64,000 nt of DNA from an uncultured Spirochaetales bacterium. Its GTDB lineage: Bacteria; Spirochaetota; Spirochaetia; Sphaerochaetales; Sphaerochaetaceae. Below the pieces are notes generated by a model. The model ran no database searches and was not told the origin of the DNA. It saw only the letters and a list, made by a program, of their open reading frames with translations. The stretch lies in NCBI GenBank assembly GCA_902788205.1, contig CADAJJ010000009.1, positions 119 through 64,118 on the forward strand, in the 5' to 3' direction. Position 1 is the first letter of the stretch. Each line of letters opens with the position of its first letter. Positions 36,542-43,527 of the stretch are shown here, piece after piece. The position numbers and the translations under genes were made by a program.

Positions 36542-37250
36542 TTGGTTGCCACACTGAGGATGATCGTCCCGCTGTAGTTCTGGGCTGGCAGACCGGCGGT
36601 TTGCATAGCGATATCGACCGAGCCTCCCCACTTCCAAGTGCAGGAGTCCCCGCCGCCTTTCACGGTATAGTCGAGAGCCCAGACCTTGGTATCCTCCAAA
36701 GAGGAGAAATCCAGGTTGCCGGATTTGGTCTCTGTGACTGTCTCGCTGACAATCTTTTCCTTGTCGGACGAGAAGACGGTGGTGTTGCCCTCCACCGAGT
36801 GGGAGAGCGTCGCCCCCCTTTCCGGGTATAGACGGTATTCTCCCGGGTAAACGTGACGGAACCAGGCACGTAGGTTTCGGCATCCTCGCCCACCAGCGGG
36901 GAGATGGAAAGACTGAAATGCAGATGCAACGATGAGCTTTCGGAGTTGCCGAGGGTACCCGTTGCGGACCAGGTAAGCAACGTTCCCTTCACCTCGTCCA
37001 TGGTACCCAGGTTGGCGATGGAGTAGGTGCTCCCGTTGCTTGCCGCCACGCTTCCCTGCCAATAGGCGCCGAAGCTGTCGAGCGCGCTGATCTTCTCGGC
37101 GATGTAGCCGGTGAAGGAGAGTGTGTCCGACCCACGCTTGTTGCTGCCTTCAATCTCATAGCTTTGGGTGGAGACAATGGGGTCGGCACACAATGGGGAC
37201 GCAACGAACACCAACGCGAGGACGAGAGAATGGAAAAGAAGGTGTTTCAT
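36538..37250 (-). pseudogene. Frameshifted family member (gene 2 of 4); ~237 aa if one G is added to the G6 run at 36813-36818
   Basis: The N-terminal frame (MKHLLFHSLVLALVFVASPLCADP...YTRKGG) turns Arg-rich after the G6 tract. The +1 frame continues ATLSHSVEGNTT...PAQNYSGTIILSVATK to a stop at 36538. Confidence 0.7.
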
Positions 37251-37786
37251 GTGGCACTCTCCGTAATCTGGACCGTCGAGACGTAGGTGCCTGCGCAGGC
37301 TGCCGAGCTATCCCCTACCCGCACATAGAAGGTACAGACTTGGCTGCCGGACTGCTCCCGGTTGAAATAAATGGGAATCGCATCGCTCTCCCTCCCTTCT
37401 GGTAATGTCGTCGTAGCGTCACCACGGGAAGTCTTGTAGCCGATGATCAGGGTGTAGTCGATAGCATCGAGCACTGTCCCGCTATCGGTATCGTACTGCT
37501 CAAGCGGAGTGTAGGAGAAATGGAAATTGTGCGTCTTGGTCTCGTTCATGAAGGCGACCATATGGGCGACTTCCTGTGTGGAATTCTTCAGCTCGACCGC
37601 CGCCTCGGTGAGCACGGAGGCACCGGAGACATCCATGATCCTCCACTCGGACAGTCCTTTCTGCTGGTAGTTCCAGCCAAGCGAGATGGCGGTATTGTCC
37701 AATGCCCCTAGTGCCGGCAAAGGCAAGGCCAGCAGGAGAAGCCATCCCAGACATCGAACAGAAAACAGGTGCAAGCGTATGCTCAT
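37247..37786 (-). CDS. Secreted 179-aa family member (gene 1 of 4)
   Basis: Signal peptide MSIRLHLFSVRCLGWLLLLALPLPALG/AL; ends in CAGTYVSTVQITESAT. GGAG RBS 5 nt before the ATG. Confidence 0.75.
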   Translation of the reverse strand: MSIRLHLFSVRCLGWLLLLALPLPALGALDNTAISLGWNYQQKGLSEWRIMDVSGASVLTEAAVELKNSTQEVAHMVAFMNETKTHNFHFSYTPLEQYDTDSGTVLDAIDYTLIIGYKTSRGDATTTLPEGRESDAIPIYFNREQSGSQVCTFYVRVGDSSAACAGTYVSTVQITESAT

Positions 37787-37827
37787 CTCAACTCCAAATG
37801 GGCACTCGTATCTCGTATCCCAGCTCC

Positions 37828-37855
37828 AATATAGAAAAATGCACGAGTGTTACAA
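37828..37855 (-). promoter_or_regulatory. Candidate promoter TTGTAA-16-TATATT for the four-gene operon
   Basis: Minus-strand hexamers at 37855-37850 and 37833-37828, about 40 nt upstream of ATG 37786. The leader carries a tandem heptamer ATACGAG x2 (37805-37818). Confidence 0.35.
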
Positions 37856-38149
37856 GACATATGTCATAACATTTGCAAAAATCTCAATACTTCCGAAAAG
37901 AGAAAACGAAAGCGTCTTCTAAAAAACTATATAACTCACGTAATAATTGGAATTACATTTCAAATTCTTCATCATTTCTCCATGAGACAACTTATTCCAT
38001 AGGTTACGATTTATCCCATAGATAAATACATATATTTGTAATGATTCTGAATAATAAAAAGAGATAAAAAGCAATAATCATGTCACTCTTGACATAAAAA
38101 TACTCACAACTCCACCGAGAAATCCCCAGTCAGTGGTGTCGGCCGCCGG

Positions 38150-38341
38150 CAGCTTGCCTTGCGCCAAGACAAGCAGAATCTGTCGGCCCCCATGGTCGCC
38201 ATCCTCAGCTATATCGACCCAATCACTACCCTTATGCTCGGCGCACTGGTCTTACAAGAGCCCATGACCGCCACCCAATGCATCGGAGCAGTCATCGTCC
38301 TTGGTTCGACACTGGCTGGAAAACTTACCGAGGCCGTCTGA
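38150..38341 (+). pseudogene. 3' remnant of an EamA/DMT-family transporter gene
   Basis: Only the last ~60 codons are present (SAPMVAILSYIDPITTLMLGALVLQEPMTATQCIGAVIVLGS). The frame is closed by TGA at 38090-38092, and there is no upstream TM region. Confidence 0.55.
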
Positions 38342-38888
38342 TATAGCCGTCCTGAGAAGTAAACTGCAGGCCTTGGAGCTTTTGCGTCCGGGTATCCTGG
38401 AAGATCGCGTCGAACAGACGCTGTCCGGTGGAGGTCTTGACCATCTTCTGACGTACCGCACGGATCTCCTCCTCCGGCGCGCCATCCTCATAGAGGTTCA
38501 CGAGAAAGTCCGCCTCGACAAGGATCTGCCAAGAGAGCGTGGAGATATGGGTATAGGTATGGTGGTGGGCAATCAGGAAGCGGACCTGCTCGATCTCATC
38601 CTGACTGAAGCAGCCCACCGACCGCATGACCTTCTCGGCCTCGTCGGGACCGTACAGCTCTTGATGCTTCCCGTTGTTGCCGCCGTGCTCGCGCTCGCTG
38701 ACGTGGATGCCGACGTCATGGAGGATTGCAGCTTCCTCAAGGACGGCCACGTCATGGGCGGGAAGGCCCTCGAGAGTCCCGATTGTCGCGGCGAAGTCGT
38801 GCACTTTCACGAAGTGCTCGATCCTGCGCGCGTCGCCCCTGTCGTAGACGACCATCGCTTCCATCAGTCTCGCCAAACGAATATCCAT
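38325..38888 (-). CDS. HD-domain phosphohydrolase
   Basis: HFVKVHDFA...ILHDVGIH...HHHTY metal-binding pattern. I prefer the start at MDIRLARL (38888). Confidence 0.8.
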   Translation of the reverse strand: MDIRLARLMEAMVVYDRGDARRIEHFVKVHDFAATIGTLEGLPAHDVAVLEEAAILHDVGIHVSEREHGGNNGKHQELYGPDEAEKVMRSVGCFSQDEIEQVRFLIAHHHTYTHISTLSWQILVEADFLVNLYEDGAPEEEIRAVRQKMVKTSTGQRLFDAIFQDTRTQKLQGLQFTSQDGYIRRPR

Positions 38889-38943
38889 GGCTCGGTTGTA
38901 CCACATTCCACGAGTGAGCTGCATGCGTTTTTCTCGAAAAACG

Positions 38944-39213
38944 TGGATACTGCCCATCTATCATCGCACCAGTATCCGGAAATTCAGGGCAGAGCCTGTC
39001 AGCAAGGCACTCGTCACCAAACCGCTCAGGGCCGCCAAGGCCCCGCTGGTGATCGTCCCCTGCGAGAAGGCCAAGGAAAGAATCGACAAGGTCGCGCAGG
39101 TGCTTGGACCGCAGGAACTCAGACCTCTTGCCCCGCCCGCCATCGGCTATCCCGCCGAGAGCCATCTTTCCCAAGACTGCTTCGACATGGGGCGCATCCA
39201 CTTCTACTCGTAC
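38944..39213 (+). pseudogene. Nitroreductase-like gene remnant (internally deleted)
   Basis: The plus-strand frame carries HRTSIRKFRAEPVS, APLVIVPCEKAKE and AIGYPAE motifs within only ~90 codons. It has no RBS, and its tail runs into the lnt 3' end. Confidence 0.35.
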
Positions 39214-40865
39214 ATCTCCTCGTCCAAAGCATCGAACAGGTGGCCCCAACGTTTCCAGCACCTGCGACGCTCGCGCCAGACCAGGAAAAAGGACCGTCCG
39301 TAGCCGGCCAATGCGCAGACGGCGAGGACAAGCAGGAGCTTGCCGAAGAAATCGGGCAGCAAGGTATAGAAGGTCGTCCCTTCCTTCTGTCCGAGGGGCA
39401 CTTCGTACAGACGCCACCCCTTGGTGAACGGCTCCATGGTCTGATGGGGCCTGCCGGTCACGTCCACCATCGTGGTCATGCCGCTGTTGGTACCGCGGAT
39501 CAGCGGACGGCGGTTCTCGATGGCCCGGAAAACTGCCTGGCTCATGTGCTGCATCTCGGCGCACACGCTCCCCGACCAGCTGTCGTTGGTCAGGTTGACC
39601 AGCATGTCGGCTCCGTTCTTGACAAAACCGGCCGACAGGTAGCCGAAGATATCCTCGAAGCAGATCGGGGTGGAGAAATCGATTCCGTCATACCGGAAGA
39701 CAGTCGCCTCGGTCCCCGGCTCCCACCATTTGTAGTCGTTGGCAACAAGCAGGTTGTAGAGCCTGGGGAACTGCTTCTCGTAGGGAAAGTACTCGGTGAA
39801 GGGAACCAGGTGCTGCTTGCGGTAGGTGCCAAGGATCCGTCCCTGGCCGAAAAGGATGACGGTGTTGTAGGTCTTCCAGTTCCAAGTCCCGTCGCGGAGA
39901 ACTGCAGGTAGCGTCTCGTCCTTGACCAACCCCTCGGGATTGCCAGTGATCAGAGGAACGCCAAGCGTCTTGCCGAAGTTGACGAAGTCGTCGACCAGGG
40001 CACGGGTCCGCCAGTCGGTCGGATGGGCAAGGTGCCAGCTGACGCTGGGCACGAAGGCGGTCTCGCTCCAGAGAACCATGTCGGGCTTGGGATTTCCCGC
40101 CATCGCCTCCAGGCTGAATCCACGCAGTGTCTCGTAGTTCTCCTTGTAGGTCTCGTACCCGCCCTTCCAGCTGTCGGCGGAATGCTGGACGGCCGCGATA
40201 CGGACTACCCGCTTCGGTACCTTGGCATCGTAATAGGCGATTGAGGCGAAACCAAAGAGCAACGAAGCGAAAACCACTGCAAGATACAGGCCGATATCGA
40301 CCCGGCAGCCGCTCCATTCCTTGTGTTTCTGGGCAAGGAATGCCTGCGGCAGGATCATCAGGAAGCAGATGACCCACACGCCTCCGATCGAGGCAATCTG
40401 GATCAGCGGACGGTACGCCCAGATGGCGGTGGCCATGTTCCCGTACGGATAGGCGAGGAAGCCCTGCTGGGTCAGGTATTCGTAGGCCACGAACACCAAC
40501 GACTGGACAAGATAACCACGCTTCTCCCCCACCGTTCCCGCCAGCTTCAGCGCGAGGAACAGCAGCACGTACTGGAAGGATTCCAGCGTCGGAGCGAGCA
40601 GGATCGCCAGCGGGTGGAAGGTCTTCAGCCAGTAATTGTAGACCAGGTAGAAGCCAAAGCCGTAAGCCATCCCCTCGAACCAGACCGTCTTCCAGGTTGC
40701 CCGGTTGATTACCCGGAACACCGGAATCCAGGCAAAAAAGGCGAGGAAACCCCATCCTTGGACGTTCAGGAAATTGGGGAAAGCCAGAGCATAGACGAAC
40801 GCGCTCGCAGCCAGTACCAGCATTTCCAGGAAACAGGACAGCATGGACTTCAGGAAGTGTCGCAT
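39204..40865 (-). CDS. lnt: Apolipoprotein N-acyltransferase
   Basis: N-terminal multi-TM region plus a CN-hydrolase domain with an E/K/C triad context (LWSETAF, YRKQHLVPFTEY, TPICFED). Start 40865 is preferred because ATG 40895 lies inside a terminator hairpin. Confidence 0.85.
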   Translation of the reverse strand: MRHFLKSMLSCFLEMLVLAASAFVYALAFPNFLNVQGWGFLAFFAWIPVFRVINRATWKTVWFEGMAYGFGFYLVYNYWLKTFHPLAILLAPTLESFQYVLLFLALKLAGTVGEKRGYLVQSLVFVAYEYLTQQGFLAYPYGNMATAIWAYRPLIQIASIGGVWVICFLMILPQAFLAQKHKEWSGCRVDIGLYLAVVFASLLFGFASIAYYDAKVPKRVVRIAAVQHSADSWKGGYETYKENYETLRGFSLEAMAGNPKPDMVLWSETAFVPSVSWHLAHPTDWRTRALVDDFVNFGKTLGVPLITGNPEGLVKDETLPAVLRDGTWNWKTYNTVILFGQGRILGTYRKQHLVPFTEYFPYEKQFPRLYNLLVANDYKWWEPGTEATVFRYDGIDFSTPICFEDIFGYLSAGFVKNGADMLVNLTNDSWSGSVCAEMQHMSQAVFRAIENRRPLIRGTNSGMTTMVDVTGRPHQTMEPFTKGWRLYEVPLGQKEGTTFYTLLPDFFGKLLLVLAVCALAGYGRSFFLVWRERRRCWKRWGHLFDALDEEMYE

Positions 40866-40871
40866 TTTTCC

Positions 40872-40911
40872 AGTATACAAAACAACCAGGACCATACACA
40901 GCTGGTCCTGG
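40872..40911 (-). terminator. Hairpin plus U-tract between the ankyrin gene and lnt
   Basis: On the minus strand, CCAGGACCA-gctgtgta-TGGTCCTGG is followed by TTGTTTTGTAT, ending 6 nt before the lnt ATG. Confidence 0.55.
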
Positions 40912-40935
40912 ATGCAAAATTGTGAAGTTGAACGC

Positions 40936-41448
40936 TCAGTTGGCCCCGAGCTTCTTCAATTCCTTGACGATATAGGTACGCTGCTGGCTCTTGGCATATT
41001 CAAGAACCGAGTGTCCCTGGTAGTCCCTGGCGTTGATGTCCGCGCCCTTCTTGATCAGCTCGCTGACAATCCTGGTCTCCGGGTTGGTGTTGACCGCCAT
41101 GATCAACGGGGTCTCGCCAAGGTAGTTGCGGGCGTTCAGGTCGGCGCCGGCGGCGAGCAGCGTATCGATGATCTTCGGACTGGAGGATTTGTTCGCCGCC
41201 AAATGCAAGGCGTTGGAGCGGTACTTGGGCTCCGTCTCGAAAATGTCGGCGCCAGCTTCCAGCAAGGCCTTCAGCACGCTGACGTTCGGATTGTACTGGG
41301 CGGCAAGCATGACAGGGGTCATGCCCCATTCGTTCTGGGCATGTACGTCGGCACCCTCTTTCAGCAGTGCCTTGATCTCAGAACCCTTGGTCGCGGAAAC
41401 AACCTTCTTCAACAATTCCTTGTTCAGACTCTCAACACTCTTAGCCAT
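40936..41448 (-). CDS. Ankyrin-repeat protein (about 4 repeats, no signal peptide)
   Basis: Repeated G-x-TPLM-x-A / LL-x-AGAD units (GMTPVMLAA, GETPLIMAV). ATG 41448 follows AAGGAGAG. Confidence 0.85.
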   Translation of the reverse strand: MAKSVESLNKELLKKVVSATKGSEIKALLKEGADVHAQNEWGMTPVMLAAQYNPNVSVLKALLEAGADIFETEPKYRSNALHLAANKSSSPKIIDTLLAAGADLNARNYLGETPLIMAVNTNPETRIVSELIKKGADINARDYQGHSVLEYAKSQQRTYIVKELKKLGAN

Positions 41449-41532
41449 CTTTCTCTCTCCTTGCTCCCGGAAGGGGCCAATTCCAGTATACAAATAAATT
41501 GGGAAAAATAGTACTTTTTCTTCCCCACAACT

Positions 41533-42174
41533 TCATCGGGAATCGCGGAAAACCTGAATCGGATCGATCCGGAGCCTGACCAGACAGTAGAGGTAGGCGA
41601 CCAGCAATCCGCCCAAATGGGTCAGATGGCTGATTCCTCCACGGACCCCGAAGACCTCGCTGTACAGCTCGATGGCCGTGTAGACCACGACCAACACCGG
41701 AGCCCGTACCGGCAACAGGCCGAAGACAAAGATCCGGGCGTAAGGATAGAAGACCGCGAAGAGCAGCAACACCCCGTAAATCGCCCCCGATGCGCCCACA
41801 AGGATCACGTTCCACCCCATCAGCACATAGACCAGGAAAGAGAAAATCCCGCTGCCGAGGCCGACGGCCAAGTAGAAGAGCAGGAACTCGTTCGAGCCCA
41901 GCTTGTACTCTACCGCCCGTCCGAAGATGTAGAGGGAAAGCATGTTGAAGAAGATGTGGGACACTCCTCCATGGACGAACATGTAGGTGAAGAGCTGCCA
42001 GACCCACCCATGGAGCACAAAGCCGGGAATCATGGCAAGGTAGTATTCCAAGCGGGGCATTGCCGCGCAAAGCACAAAGACCGCCAAGTTGGCGACAATC
42101 AGTTTCTCGGTCATGCCCGTCTGGGTGTAGCGAAGGGTCCTCATGGACCTTGGAGTATTTCGGAACCAGTTCAT
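41533..42174 (-). CDS. Rhomboid-family intramembrane serine protease
   Basis: HIFFNMLSLYIFG, GASGAIYG (catalytic Ser) and HLTHLGG (catalytic His) motifs. Confidence 0.85.
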   Translation of the reverse strand: MNWFRNTPRSMRTLRYTQTGMTEKLIVANLAVFVLCAAMPRLEYYLAMIPGFVLHGWVWQLFTYMFVHGGVSHIFFNMLSLYIFGRAVEYKLGSNEFLLFYLAVGLGSGIFSFLVYVLMGWNVILVGASGAIYGVLLLFAVFYPYARIFVFGLLPVRAPVLVVVYTAIELYSEVFGVRGGISHLTHLGGLLVAYLYCLVRLRIDPIQVFRDSR

Positions 42175-42209
42175 GTCCTAAAGGTAGGCACCACCCCGAG
42201 AAAGGTCAA

Positions 42210-43196
42210 TCAGGAACGGACCCGGTAAGGAGATTCCTCCCCACGGCTGAAGGCGAGAGCGGCGTCGAAGTTGCTCTGGATCTCGGCCCGGAGATCGCCT
42301 TCTGTGTAGAAGGCGATATGGGGAGAGAGCAGCACCTGCTCCATCGCCTGCAGCTTCCGGTACTCCGGATAGGGAATCGTTTCGCCCCTGTGGTCAAAGT
42401 AGTAGAGTCCGTCCTCCTCTTCCTGTACGTCCAGCAGGGCAAAGCCAGGACGGCCGTCCTGCAAGGAGGCAATCAGCGCGCTGGTGTCGACCAGCTGGCC
42501 CCGGGCGGTATTGACCAGGACGGAGTCTTGCTTCATCAGTCCCAGGCGGCGGGCATCCAGCAGGTGGAAGGTCTCAGGATGGGAAGAGAGGTGGAGCGTC
42601 ACCACGTCGCTGGCAGCCAACAGCTTGTCGAGCGCCAGGTATGTGGCAAGCTTGTCCGCCTCCGGATTCGGCTTCCGGTTCCAATAGAACAGCTTGGAAC
42701 CGAAGCCGGAAAGGTGGCGAAGGACGGTCAATCCGATCCGTCCGGTGCCGACCACGCCGACAGAGACATCGCCCAGCGCCCGGCCGATGCGGCCACGGAG
42801 GGTGAAGTCCCCTTCCGCGCTCTTCTTCATGACCAAGGGCATCTTCCTCAGTCCCATCATCGCCAGCATGATCGCGTAGTCCGCCACTCCCTCGGGCGGG
42901 TAGGCGGCGTGATAGACGGCAAGTTCCAAGGCTTCAGCCGCCTTCAGGTCGACATGGTCGTACCCAATCGACCGGCAGATGATGGCGCGCACCCCCAAGC
43001 GGGCAAAAGTCTCAAGCAACGTCTTGTCCATCGTGCTGACGGTGAAGCTGATCGCGTCGTAGCCCGCCGCGAGGATGGCGTTCTGCAAGGAAGGCGCCTC
43101 GCTGCTGGAGCCGACCGACCATCCATACCGGATGGCGAGCTCCTCACAGATGGGTTTCTCGTCGTAGGCCCGCAGGCTGTAGAGGAACAATTTCAT
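42210..43196 (-). CDS. D-isomer-specific 2-hydroxyacid dehydrogenase (D-lactate dehydrogenase-like)
   Basis: NAD-binding VGVVGTGRIGLTV plus RGQLVD and SPHIAF catalytic motifs. The start at MKLFLYS (43196) matches family N-termini. Confidence 0.85.
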   Translation of the reverse strand: MKLFLYSLRAYDEKPICEELAIRYGWSVGSSSEAPSLQNAILAAGYDAISFTVSTMDKTLLETFARLGVRAIICRSIGYDHVDLKAAEALELAVYHAAYPPEGVADYAIMLAMMGLRKMPLVMKKSAEGDFTLRGRIGRALGDVSVGVVGTGRIGLTVLRHLSGFGSKLFYWNRKPNPEADKLATYLALDKLLAASDVVTLHLSSHPETFHLLDARRLGLMKQDSVLVNTARGQLVDTSALIASLQDGRPGFALLDVQEEEDGLYYFDHRGETIPYPEYRKLQAMEQVLLSPHIAFYTEGDLRAEIQSNFDAALAFSRGEESPYRVRS

Positions 43197-43269
43197 ACCA
43201 ACATGATACGGATATGCGAGCCCCGAGTGTGAAAAACTTTCCGTTTGTGCAATTTCTGCACACCCATTT

Positions 43270-43434
43270 TCATCCAAACAGGCATATCTTGCACACCTCC
43301 AGCCTGGCGTGGAGGCCCGATCCTCCCTCCAAACTTGGTCCACAACCCCCTTTTCCCCGGTTGTAGGTACCTTTCAAGGAAGTTGGCACGGCTCTTGCAT
43401 AGTATTTGTCAGAGCAAAGCAAAAGTTTTTTCAT
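43270..43434 (-). CDS. Unannotated 54-codon ORF with strong SD (speculative)
   Basis: AAAGGAGG-ttgttg-ATG, translating to MKKLLLCSDKYYARAVPTSLKGTYNRGKGGCGPSLEGGSGLHARLEVCKICLFG. No family recognised. Confidence 0.2.
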   Translation of the reverse strand: MKKLLLCSDKYYARAVPTSLKGTYNRGKGGCGPSLEGGSGLHARLEVCKICLFG

Positions 43435-43464
43435 CAACAACCTCCTTTAGAATGAAAATTCTGG

Positions 43465-43499
43465 CAAGCGCCGGTTCTCCCCCATAGGGCCGGCGCTTG
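43465..43499 (-). terminator. Terminator hairpin downstream of ggt
   Basis: Perfect 10-bp arms CAAGCGCCGG/CCGGCGCTTG with a 15-nt loop. Confidence 0.6.
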
Positions 43500-43527
43500 T
43501 TCTTGTGTATCCGGCCTCGCCCATCCC

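Noticed and set aside
34704-37786. Interpreting the four-gene locus as a standard chaperone-usher (or Csu/SCPU) pilus operon
   Set aside because: No ORF of usher size (roughly 700 aa or more, beta-barrel) and no recognisable PapD-like chaperone is present in the locus or elsewhere in the 64 kb. The resemblance is limited to subunit size, signal peptides and the C-terminal strand.
38301-39911. 536-aa plus-strand ORF spanning the HD-domain gene, the intergenic region and part of lnt
   Set aside because: It is antisense to two well-supported genes and mostly Arg/Pro/Gly-rich. Only the short 38944-39213 segment, which is in a different frame, shows real family motifs; I report that segment separately as a remnant.
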